NCBI GenBank assembly: GCA_034437375.1
Contig: DAOTUK010000064.1
Location: forward strand, 604 to 64,603
Source of the DNA: Chloroflexaceae bacterium
Lineage (GTDB): Bacteria; Chloroflexota; Chloroflexia; Chloroflexales; Chloroflexaceae
Length of the DNA stretch: 64,000 bases
Direction: 5' to 3'
How positions within the stretch are numbered: the stretch's first letter is position 1; every line of letters starts with the position of its first letter. The notes beneath the pieces are model-generated. The model saw nothing but the letters and a program-made list of their open reading frames with translations, was not told where the DNA came from and searched no databases. A program made the translations under genes and the position numbers. Below, piece after piece: positions 9,373 through 17,593 of the stretch.

Positions 9373-10700
9373 ATAGTTGCCTCTGGTAATGGGTCTATAA
9401 ACTGTGTTTGCCACGCAAGATGTGGGCGGATAATCCCAAACTCGCCGCCGAAATACTCCTGGCTAATCTGCCCACTATCGTGAACATGAAACGAGACGGC
9501 ATAGTCTTGAAAGACTTGCACGTCTGCTTTTCCCCTGGCCAGAATAACAGACACACTATAGGTGCCGGTATTTAAAAAGTTCGCTGGAATACAACATACG
9601 GTTTCAAACATCCCAGGATTATGCGGTTTTCCTCCAAACGCATCTTCTGTTTTAGACACAGATTTGAGATTGGAGGACACAAACGCAATACTCCCCAGTT
9701 CATCTCGGAGCCAGATAGAGACGTACAGATGGGTACCTTCCTGCAAATTCCAGTAGGTAATGGAAACGTGTATATCTTCTGATATAGTCACCTCGGTAGA
9801 CGGGCCGCTTCTGCCGGTTTGGAGAATGCGCACAGCATGGAGACGGGCTATATCATCGCCTGGCGCATGCGCCATATCGGGCCAGACCATCTCGCCCCCG
9901 GCGGTCCGCACCATGCCGAGGTACTGCTGCACAACGGATGCCGTCTTGCCAATCGCCGCGACCTGGCCATTATTGAGCAACAGGGCCCGCTGGCACAGGT
10001 TGGTGATATTGCCCATACTATGCGAAACGAGGAGGACGGTTCGCCCCCCCTTACTCACTTCGGCCATCTTGCCCATACATTTTTTCTGAAACTCAATATC
10101 GCCAACGGCCAGGACTTCATCCACGATTAAAATATCTGGTTCCAGATGGGCGGCCACTGCAAACGCCAACCGTACATACATCCCGCTTGAATAGCGCTTG
10201 ACGGGTGTGTCAATAAACTTTTTGACCCCGGAGAATGCGACAATCTCATCAAATTTGCGGTCAATCTCCGCGCGGCTCATGCCAATGATGGCCCCATTCA
10301 TATAGATGTTTTCTCGCCCCGTCAAGTCCGGGTGAAAGCCGGTGCCAACCTCTATCATACTGCCAAGGCGCCCCTCGATAACTGCGCGACCGCTGGTTGG
10401 CTTGATGATACGCGCAAGAACTTTCAGGAGCGTAGATTTGCCGGCCCCGTTGCGGCCAATAATCCCGATAACCTCCCCTTGCTTTACTTCAAAGGAAACA
10501 TCGTTCAAAGCCCAGATAAGGTCATCGCTGGTCTGTCCATTCTGTTCTAGCCGCGCGGTATAGCGGAGATCTCGAAAATTCTTGAGCGGTTTCAGCATGA
10601 AATTTGCGATAACCCCAAGCGGGGTACGCGAAAATTCCTCCTTCAACCCGATGCGGTAGCATTTGGACATATTTTCAACACGAATAACAACGTCACTCAT
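9369..10700 (-). CDS. wzt: Polysaccharide-export ABC transporter ATP-binding protein with C-terminal extension (Wzt-type)
   Basis: Walker A GRNGAGKST, signature YSSGM, Walker B LIVDEVLAVGD, and H-loop VSHS. About 180 extra C-terminal residues (nt ~9372-9908) are beta-rich, as in Wzt C-terminal glycan-cap-binding domains. Confidence 0.9.
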   Translation of the reverse strand: MSDVVIRVENMSKCYRIGLKEEFSRTPLGVIANFMLKPLKNFRDLRYTARLEQNGQTSDDLIWALNDVSFEVKQGEVIGIIGRNGAGKSTLLKVLARIIKPTSGRAVIEGRLGSMIEVGTGFHPDLTGRENIYMNGAIIGMSRAEIDRKFDEIVAFSGVKKFIDTPVKRYSSGMYVRLAFAVAAHLEPDILIVDEVLAVGDIEFQKKCMGKMAEVSKGGRTVLLVSHSMGNITNLCQRALLLNNGQVAAIGKTASVVQQYLGMVRTAGGEMVWPDMAHAPGDDIARLHAVRILQTGRSGPSTEVTISEDIHVSITYWNLQEGTHLYVSIWLRDELGSIAFVSSNLKSVSKTEDAFGGKPHNPGMFETVCCIPANFLNTGTYSVSVILARGKADVQVFQDYAVSFHVHDSGQISQEYFGGEFGIIRPHLAWQTQFIDPLPEATI

Positions 10701-10703
10701 ACG

Positions 10704-11576
10704 TTACGATACATCCACAATAATACTTTCAAGCCGCTGAAAGACCAGAAACCCACTGACAAGCAGAATAATGGTGGTGATAGCTCCGATACCAATAAAA
10801 TCCCATGGCATCGGGTTGGTAGATAGAATGGCCGCGCGAAACCCTTCGATGATACCGACCATAGGATTGAGCGCATATATCGTGAGATACCGCTCAGGAA
10901 TAAGGGATGCGGGGTAGAAAACGGGCGAAACGTACATCAGCGCCATGGTAATAATGTTCAAGAGATAGCCTATGTCCCGATATTGCACCGAGGTGACGGC
11001 AACCCACATACCCAGGCCCAACGCTGCGCCCATAGCCATCAATATTAGCAATGGCAAGTAGATAATCAATGCATTTGGAACGATACGATACCAGACCATC
11101 ATCACAACGAGCAAGATCATTGCAATAAAAAAGTCTACCAATTTGCTCAGTAGAACAGATAGGGGCAAAATAATCCTTGGAAAGTATACTTTGCTAATGA
11201 GTCCCATTCCCGCGGCGAGACTATTGCTAACGCCACCAAGCGCCGAAGAAAAGAATGTCCAGGCGGTCAGGGCGGTATAGACAAAGATGGTAAAGGGTGT
11301 GCCTTCAGACCCGATGCGCAGCAGCATGCTAAAGACGATGGTGAAGATGATCATGGTTGCCAGGGGCCGCAGGATAGACCAGGCCGGCCCAAGAATAGTC
11401 TGGGTATACTGGGTTTTGAGATCACGCACGACCATCAGGTAGAGCAATGTGCGATAGTTCCATAGTTCGCCAAGGTTTGCTATCGTCCAGTGCGATGTGG
11501 GTTCAATAATTATTCGTGGTTTGGGAGATTCGTTCTCCCCGGACGGGTGTTCAATTGTAGGAGCGTTTGTTTTCAA
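10704..11576 (-). CDS. wzm: ABC-2 type polysaccharide-export permease (Wzm-type)
   Basis: LWNYRTLLYLMVVRDLKTQYTQTILGPAWSILRPL N-terminal signature. About 6 hydrophobic spans. It sits immediately upstream of wzt. Confidence 0.85.
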   Translation of the reverse strand: MKTNAPTIEHPSGENESPKPRIIIEPTSHWTIANLGELWNYRTLLYLMVVRDLKTQYTQTILGPAWSILRPLATMIIFTIVFSMLLRIGSEGTPFTIFVYTALTAWTFFSSALGGVSNSLAAGMGLISKVYFPRIILPLSVLLSKLVDFFIAMILLVVMMVWYRIVPNALIIYLPLLILMAMGAALGLGMWVAVTSVQYRDIGYLLNIITMALMYVSPVFYPASLIPERYLTIYALNPMVGIIEGFRAAILSTNPMPWDFIGIGAITTIILLVSGFLVFQRLESIIVDVS

Positions 11577-11679
11577 AAGAATATTTTCCCCTTGTTCTCT
11601 ACCTCAAACGAAACATTTTTCAGGGCTAAGATAGCCTCATTGCTGGCTATCTCATAACGTTGCCCTGGAAAAAAACGCT

Positions 11680-13062
11680 TTAGACAAGGGAATTAGAATC
11701 ATGATTGAATTGGATAACAATGTCGTTCATACATTCAGCCCCGCTTGTTTTTCTCGTACGGTTTGTGTTAAACTGCCGCAGCATAAACTGCCGCAGCATA
11801 AACCGCATATGAACGGGATACCGCCCTACAAAGTACCCCAGTCTTAGCAAAAGATGTCCACCCGTGATAAACCTTTGTCCCAAGTATATTAGCATATTAG
11901 CAGGTGTGAAGGGCGTGGCACTAAGATTATTGATAACATTTGTTAATAGATTATAGTTATCATTGATAATACCAAATTTATCAACAAAATCAATATCATC
12001 ATCTGGATTAAAATACGCAAGCCATTTATATTTGTATTGGATAAATAACCACAAATCAGAAAAACTACGTATTCGGTTGTTAGTTAGACGATCTATCTTG
12101 TTTATTACTTTATTTGAAGCTCTGATGGCATTTTTCCAATTGCCCGACTTTTTGCCGATATGAAGAGCAATATGGTGATTTGCGTAATAATGGTGTTGTT
12201 TGTTTGTATGATAATAGGCCCAGGCTATAACTCGTGCTAAATCAAAGTTGCTTATATCGCCAATATGTCGAGATTTATCCGTAATATCTACGCCGAAAGC
12301 CTCATCAGAGTCCTGAATAACATAGATACTCTCTATATTGGGACATGCTAACGCAATATAGTCATCGTCTATGGTAGACTTCGGTGATACATCTGTGCGT
12401 TGTGGGTATATCATCAACGGGTGGAGATGAAAGCATCGTGCGAGGATACCTTCCCCCTTAACAGGCCAGTACAAATGTGATGGCCAGGTACTCAAGTAAT
12501 CTGTTCCTAAAAAACACGCTTTGCTGTGTAGGTGGAGATGCTCCAATCCCAATTTCACCAACGAACCCGATGAGACTGAGATAGTTCTATCTTCTTGGGA
12601 AAAATATTTTTCTATCAAGGCCGGTACAAATGTTTCATGGGTCACTCGAATACCCGCAATCAAAACTACTCGGTAACCTTGCTCAGCGAGCTGTACAATG
12701 GTTGCAAAGGTTCCGTTAGACCAGACTGAATCGGGGGTCAGGAAAATTAACGTAGCTCCCTCTTTATTTGCTGCTTCAATAGCACGGATTTGATAGTTTG
12801 TCATCGTTTGTAAACGATCGAACGTTTCATCCTCTATAATGATTATTTCGGTAGTAATAATATCAGATACGCTATGAAACACTTCAGACGCTTGTATCTT
12901 TCTTGCGTCGTCGGCTGTCGTGTATATTTTATACACAGACCCTCGGCGGTTTTGGAAAACTGGTAGATTACCTGGTGATAGCTGGCAAGGAAGTGCAATA
13001 TTCAGAAAGAGATCAGTGTAAGCAGTTCCCCAGACAACTGTTATCAAATGGAATTGTATCAT
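11680..13062 (-). CDS. Unknown-family protein, paralogue B (GT-A-like motifs), strongly AT-rich gene
   Basis: Paralogue of the 8092-9372 gene, with the shared blocks listed there. I chose the start at MIQFHLI (13062) by homology with paralogue A. The track ORF extends to 13092. Bases 11941-12000 contain only 12 G+C of 60. Confidence 0.6.
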   Translation of the reverse strand: MIQFHLITVVWGTAYTDLFLNIALPCQLSPGNLPVFQNRRGSVYKIYTTADDARKIQASEVFHSVSDIITTEIIIIEDETFDRLQTMTNYQIRAIEAANKEGATLIFLTPDSVWSNGTFATIVQLAEQGYRVVLIAGIRVTHETFVPALIEKYFSQEDRTISVSSGSLVKLGLEHLHLHSKACFLGTDYLSTWPSHLYWPVKGEGILARCFHLHPLMIYPQRTDVSPKSTIDDDYIALACPNIESIYVIQDSDEAFGVDITDKSRHIGDISNFDLARVIAWAYYHTNKQHHYYANHHIALHIGKKSGNWKNAIRASNKVINKIDRLTNNRIRSFSDLWLFIQYKYKWLAYFNPDDDIDFVDKFGIINDNYNLLTNVINNLSATPFTPANMLIYLGQRFITGGHLLLRLGYFVGRYPVHMRFMLRQFMLRQFNTNRTRKTSGAECMNDIVIQFNHDSNSLV

Positions 13063-13424
13063 CAAGCAGGCTTCTTTCGCTATCCCATGCAAGATTTTAC
13101 AAAAAAGAGCATGTAACGTCTACGGTGGTGAGCGGTAGCGCACAAAGGCTTCAGTCGCTTGCGTGGATTTAAATTATTCTGTACAACGGTAAATACACTT
13201 TCAGACACCAACTTGCTCTTGGGGAGCATGTCTGAGAACCTCCATCCTGTTGCCAGGTCAACTAGTTTTGTCTATTCCTTCACCACATATCCCGCCGGAA
13301 CATTTGTCCAGGGGAGCGTCTTGGCGGCGTTGAAGCGCACCATAGGCGGGTAGCATGAGCATCGGGTCAAGCCGGGTTTCAAGGGTATTGTGCCAATATT
13401 GCCCCGTATACCCTTGCGATGTTT

Positions 13425-14087
13425 TTATTCAAAATAAATAAACTCGTAGTCGCCAGTATATCCAACACTATTATACAACCATATCCACTCGGCGGTGTCA
13501 AAGAAGGCCTCGGCGGTAAGGGCCCAGCATTGCAGGTTAAACAGTTCTAGCTCATTACGATAGCTTTCAACCATGACATATTTGTTTTTGCCGACGCGCT
13601 CAATTTCTTGCAGGGCGGTATGCAACTCGAAAAGACGCAGGTTGTGCAACGCGCCAAGCGAGATCACCAGGTCAAAGGAGTTGTCGCCCCAGGGGTAGCG
13701 ATCCTGCGCGCGGTAGCGCACCAGCGAGGGGCGGATGGCTTCTGGCGCGTCGCTCAGGCCGTGGCGCGAAATATCCATACCCACCACTTCGGCGTCGGGC
13801 AAGAGCTGGTGAAATTCGTAGAGCAGGTGCGCTTTGCCGCATCCCACATCCAATATCTTAGCATTCGGCGGAAGCTGGTAAACGTCAATGAAGCGTTCGG
13901 CGACCGGCTTCCAGCGTCCGTCGTAGCGATAGCCGCCATACCCATAGCGGCGGTCGCCATCCCAGTAGTCGTACTCGTATTCCCTGGCTTTTTGCATACA
14001 TTCGACTTTGTTGTCGTTCATACGCGCCAGGTAATCGCGGTTAGTCTTCTTGTGTAGCGGGGTGACAATATGGAGCAATCGGCCCAT
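13425..14087 (-). CDS. Class I SAM-dependent methyltransferase
   Basis: ILDVGCGKAHLLYEF (motif I), VVGMDIS, and FDLVISLGALHNL. Confidence 0.75.
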   Translation of the reverse strand: MGRLLHIVTPLHKKTNRDYLARMNDNKVECMQKAREYEYDYWDGDRRYGYGGYRYDGRWKPVAERFIDVYQLPPNAKILDVGCGKAHLLYEFHQLLPDAEVVGMDISRHGLSDAPEAIRPSLVRYRAQDRYPWGDNSFDLVISLGALHNLRLFELHTALQEIERVGKNKYVMVESYRNELELFNLQCWALTAEAFFDTAEWIWLYNSVGYTGDYEFIYFE

Positions 14088-14110
14088 GGTAACGGATTCC
14101 TTTCTCTCGG

Positions 14111-15103
14111 CTAGGGTTTATGCTGATAGGTCAGGGGTTGTTGCACAATCGCGTCCCAGTAGTGTTCAACCCACGCGACAACCTCAGCCAGGCCCGTTTC
14201 CATCGTCATCTGGGGTTGCCAGCCAAGCTCGCGGCGGGCCCGGCTTGAGTCTATCACGTATGCGGCATCCTGTCCAGGACGCTCTCCCACAACTTTTGTT
14301 GCCGCTTCAAAGGGCTTGCCCATACGGGCGCAGATAAGCTGCACTACGTCGCGCACGGCGATACCCTCATCGGGCGAGAGGTGGTAGATGTTCCCAACCG
14401 TGCCGCGCTCCAGGACGGCCAGTTCGCCCCGCGACACATCGCGGATATGGATATACGATTTCACCGCCACGCCGCCGCCGTGCAATTCAATCGTCTGGCC
14501 CTGTTTGATGTAGATAACCGAACGCGGAATAATCTTGAATAATTGTTGGCGTGGGCCATACACATTGGTGGCCCGTATGGTCAGGAGCGGAAACCCATAT
14601 TGTCTGGCATAGGTGTGCAGCAGCATATCGGCGGCCGCTTTGGAGGCGGCGTAGGGGGTGCTTGGGTTGAGCGGTGTTTCTTCGGTCACGGTGCCCACGC
14701 AGTTGCCATAGGCCTCTGGCGAGGAGATGTGCAGGTAGCGTTGCAGATAGTCCTGCTTGCGCAGGTGGTTGACGAGCAGCGCCAACGCGACGGTGTTGGT
14801 TTGAAACCAGTGTTCGGGGTGTTCCCAACTGGGGGCTACTTCGCTCTGGGCCGCAAAGTTGACGATATACTGCGGCCGTTCGCTATCGAGCATATCGAGC
14901 AACGCGGGCATGTCGTTGTTCATATCGGCCTGGACGTAGCGGTAGCGCGAGAGGTCGGAGCGGGTTTTGTATTTCAGAAAGAGGTCGGATCGTTCGGGCG
15001 AACGGCTCACGCCGATAACCTCGTACTCCGGGTTATCCAGCAGCAGGTCTACAAAGTCCTGCCCCGAAAACGAGTTGGCTCCAAGGACAACTATTCTGGT
15101 CAT
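14111..15103 (-). CDS. Extended SDR, RmlB (dTDP-glucose 4,6-dehydratase)-like sugar-nucleotide enzyme
   Basis: PYAASKAAADMLLHTYARQYGFPLLTIRATNVYGPRQ and GGGVAVKSYIHIRD closely follow the RmlB pattern. The RmlB TDE triad reads SPE here (LHISSPEAYG), so I leave the exact activity (dehydratase or epimerase/reductase) unassigned. Confidence 0.7.
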   Translation of the reverse strand: MTRIVVLGANSFSGQDFVDLLLDNPEYEVIGVSRSPERSDLFLKYKTRSDLSRYRYVQADMNNDMPALLDMLDSERPQYIVNFAAQSEVAPSWEHPEHWFQTNTVALALLVNHLRKQDYLQRYLHISSPEAYGNCVGTVTEETPLNPSTPYAASKAAADMLLHTYARQYGFPLLTIRATNVYGPRQQLFKIIPRSVIYIKQGQTIELHGGGVAVKSYIHIRDVSRGELAVLERGTVGNIYHLSPDEGIAVRDVVQLICARMGKPFEAATKVVGERPGQDAAYVIDSSRARRELGWQPQMTMETGLAEVVAWVEHYWDAIVQQPLTYQHKP

Positions 15104-15141
15104 AGGGTACTCCTTATTTTTTCATGGCTCTATCGTACCAA

Positions 15142-16512
15142 TTATGGCTGTTCTGGCGGCTGATGGTCATGCACAAAGAAAGCCTGTCCGTGCCACCCAT
15201 AGGGAAGGAAGGGCGAATAGGAGAAGCGTTCCTGTGCGCCAAACACCTCCGCGAAGGCGCGACGCTCACCCATAGCCGGGTTGGCGCGGTTGCAGTTGTA
15301 ATCATCAAACAGCAGCACACATCCATCTTGCAGCAAGTCTTGCTTGAGCAATTGCTCAAGCACGGTAACGGTTGAGGTATACATATCGCAGTCAACGTGG
15401 ATCAGCGCGGCTTTGCCGGCCGGCAGCGCGGTCGCCAGCGTCTCCTCAAAGAAACCTTTGGTAATGTGTATCTGTTCGGGGGGTACTATCTTCGAGAGTA
15501 CGCGGAAAATCCTGTCGGGCATTTCCTCTTCAAGCGCCATAGAACCCTGGAACCACACCTTGTTGATGCGAACTTCGTAGCTTGCCTGGTCAACAGGCGA
15601 GGTGATCTCTGGCAAGCCTTCAAAGGAGTCATACAGGTAGAGCGCGCCGGGATAGCGGAATTGCTGCATCAGCGTGGCCATCAGGCGGGCGGTATATCCG
15701 CGCAGGGTACCAAATTCCAGGATGTGGCCCTGTATACCGGTGCCGGTGATGTACTCGATACAGCGGCGAAATGCTTCACCATACACAACGTCGGCACGCG
15801 GCCGAGTATACCCCAGGGGGGGCAATAGGGTGGGATCTATCTGTTCTAGCATAGTGGGGGGTAGCCGTTCCAGCGTCGCGGGGGGTAGCTGTTCCAGCGT
15901 CGCGGGGGAGAGGCGTTCCAACGCCGTCGGGGGTAGCCGTTCCAACGCCGTCGGGGGTAGCTGTTCCAGGATTGTGGGGGGAAGCTGTTCCAGCGTCGCG
16001 GGCGAAAGTTGTTCCAATGTTTCGGGGGGCAATTGCGCAAGCACATCGGGGGCGAGATGCACGAGAATATCCGGGTGCAGGCGCACAATAATCTCCGGGA
16101 GCAATTGTTCTACCACGGCGGGGGTCAGGCGGGTCAGTACGTCGGGCGAAAGTTGTTCCAACGTTTCGAGGGAGAGCCGTTCCAGCACCGTGGGCGAAAG
16201 CTGTTCCAGCGTCGCGGGGGGTAGCTGTTCCAACACGGCGGGGGAGAGCCGTTCCAATGCCGTGGGCGAGAGCTGTTCCAACACGGCGGGCTCCAATTGT
16301 TCGAGCACGGATGGATTGAACCGTTCCAACACCACTGGAACAAGACATGCGACGATGTCCGGGGGCAATTGTTCGAGCAAGGCCGGGTCAAGGTGTCTGG
16401 TTACCTGGGGATCGAGAAAAGCCAGCAGAGGGGGCCCCAGACGGTGCCAGGCCGTTATCGCCTGGTGTCGAACCATGCGGCGAAGTACGCTGGCTGTTTG
16501 TTGTTGCTTCAT
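15142..16512 (-). CDS. Octapeptide-repeat stalk fused to TylF-type O-methyltransferase domain
   Basis: The C-terminal ~220 aa carry ILEFGTLRGYT, DSFEGLP, KGFFEETL, VDCDMYTST and FDDY (TylF / macrocin-O-methyltransferase family pattern). Residues ~25-232 are 26 tandem 8-residue units. Confidence 0.8.
   Translation of the reverse strand: MKQQQTASVLRRMVRHQAITAWHRLGPPLLAFLDPQVTRHLDPALLEQLPPDIVACLVPVVLERFNPSVLEQLEPAVLEQLSPTALERLSPAVLEQLPPATLEQLSPTVLERLSLETLEQLSPDVLTRLTPAVVEQLLPEIIVRLHPDILVHLAPDVLAQLPPETLEQLSPATLEQLPPTILEQLPPTALERLPPTALERLSPATLEQLPPATLERLPPTMLEQIDPTLLPPLGYTRPRADVVYGEAFRRCIEYITGTGIQGHILEFGTLRGYTARLMATLMQQFRYPGALYLYDSFEGLPEITSPVDQASYEVRINKVWFQGSMALEEEMPDRIFRVLSKIVPPEQIHITKGFFEETLATALPAGKAALIHVDCDMYTSTVTVLEQLLKQDLLQDGCVLLFDDYNCNRANPAMGERRAFAEVFGAQERFSYSPFLPYGWHGQAFFVHDHQPPEQP
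15817..16440 (-). repeat. Coding tandem repeat: 26 x 24 nt (consensus L-S/P-P-x-T/V-L-E-Q/R)
   Basis: The repeat reads LGPPLLAF LDPQVTRH LDPALLEQ LPPDIVAC LVPVVLER FNPSVLEQ LEPAVLEQ LSPTALER LSPAVLEQ LPPATLEQ LSPTVLER LSLETLEQ LSPDVLTR LTPAVVEQ LLPEIIVR LHPDILVH LAPDVLAQ LPPETLEQ LSPATLEQ LPPTILEQ LPPTALER LPPTALER LSPATLEQ LPPATLER LPPTMLEQ IDPTLLPP. The DNA shows matching near-identical 24-nt units (ctgttccagcgtcgcggggggtag...). Confidence 0.9.
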
Positions 16513-16540
16513 ATAGTCGTGTCCTCGTTTCCTGCGTATA

Positions 16541-17593
16541 TCAAACGATGCGCTGTAAGGCTACACGGGCTTTTTGCAACTGCTGCGCTTTGCGTGCTTC
16601 CTGATCGGTGGCCGTGTCGGCAAAGCGGCGGCGGGCGCTGCCGGCGGGCAAAAAATCGTTCAGCATAATGCAGCACCACTTCACCTGGTAGACCGGCAAC
16701 AGCCGACGGAACCGCGCACGATGGGCGGGCGGGTCGGTGGTATATTCGGCGGCTACCTCGGTTACCTGGTCAACGTAGGCCATGGGCACGGGCACGGCTG
16801 GCTGGCAAAAGAAATCGCCTACCAGTTTAGCCGGGTCGTCCCATCCGGCATATTCAAAATCAAGAAAACGTAATTGCTGGTCGCTGTCGGACAGGATGGC
16901 GTTGTGAAAGCCAAAATCGGAGGGCGACAGACAGCGATCCGTGGGGGATACCTCGGTATCGAGCGCCAGGCCTGGCGAGGGTACCTCGCTGGCTACCGCG
17001 GCATGCACCGTTTGCCATACCGCCTGTAAGTCGTGCTGGATGAAGCGCACAGCGTCGCGGTTGATAGGCTGTGTATCGTCAATGCGTTCAAGCCGTTGCA
17101 AGCGTCGTTCGACCGTGGCCAGGTGGTCGGCAATCGTAAAGCACGCCTCGGAGGCCGGCGGCAGTTGGTGGGCCTGGGGGTGGTGGCGGTGCTGGTTGAG
17201 GGCGCGATAGAACGCGAGGGCTTGCGATACGGCGGCGTCGCCTACCTCGGCGGGTTCGAGCCGCCGCCCCGCGACAAACTTGTACAATCCAAGCGCGTGG
17301 TCGCAGTCGTAGGCCAGCGGTTGGGGGATGCAGCGTATACCACGTTCCCAGGCAAAGCTGGCAAAGGCAAACTCGGTGCCCAGGCGGTCGCGGGGGTCGT
17401 CCGGGTGTTGGAAGTAGGCTTTGAGCAGGGCCGTACCGCTGTCGCTCTCTACCCGAAAGACGCGATTGTTCGCCCCCCCGCTCAGCGGAACGAGCGCCAC
17501 CGGGCCCCGAAAACCGGCCTGGTGCATCATGCGGGACGCCGCCTCGGTTATCGGCTCGTCAGCTATTGTGATTGTCGGGTCATCTGTCATCAT
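16541..17593 (-). CDS. APH/choline-kinase-fold phosphotransferase (small-molecule or sugar kinase)
   Basis: NNRVFRVE...ALLKAY (N-lobe), catalytic-loop-like SPSDFGFHN, and metal-binding DFEYAGWDDP. ATGA overlap with the upstream HAD gene at 17590-17593. Confidence 0.7.
   Translation of the reverse strand: MMTDDPTITIADEPITEAASRMMHQAGFRGPVALVPLSGGANNRVFRVESDSGTALLKAYFQHPDDPRDRLGTEFAFASFAWERGIRCIPQPLAYDCDHALGLYKFVAGRRLEPAEVGDAAVSQALAFYRALNQHRHHPQAHQLPPASEACFTIADHLATVERRLQRLERIDDTQPINRDAVRFIQHDLQAVWQTVHAAVASEVPSPGLALDTEVSPTDRCLSPSDFGFHNAILSDSDQQLRFLDFEYAGWDDPAKLVGDFFCQPAVPVPMAYVDQVTEVAAEYTTDPPAHRARFRRLLPVYQVKWCCIMLNDFLPAGSARRRFADTATDQEARKAQQLQKARVALQRIV

Noticed and set aside
13380-13416. Hairpin CAAGGGTAT-(19 nt)-ATACCCTTG downstream of the methyltransferase gene, considered as its terminator
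   Set aside because: On the minus strand, which is the gene's strand, no T-tract follows. The T-run (gttttta) is on the plus strand, where no gene ends. The loop is also long. This is too weak to call.
8092-13424. The AT-rich block as a prophage or integrative element
   Set aside because: No integrase, transposase, tRNA attachment site or phage genes were seen. All genes fit the glycan locus. Only the compositional anomaly is reported.
14111-15103. Calling the RmlB-like SDR a pseudo-dehydratase because the TDE triad reads SPE
   Set aside because: GDP-mannose 4,6-dehydratases also lack the Asp (T-S-E type) and keep only the Glu, which is present here. The substitution does not by itself argue for loss of dehydratase activity.
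15817-16440. A possible CRISPR array, because of the regular short repeats
   Set aside because: The period is 24 nt with no unique spacers. The units are contiguous and degenerate gradually. The array is in frame inside a long CDS, and no cas genes are in the window.
15674-16516. Alternative-frame and antisense ORFs across the 24-nt repeat (for example the GGSCSSVAGG... and PRRWNS... repeats)
   Set aside because: They exist only because the DNA is tandemly repeated. Only the minus-strand frame giving LxPxxLEQ continues without interruption into the TylF-type methyltransferase domain.
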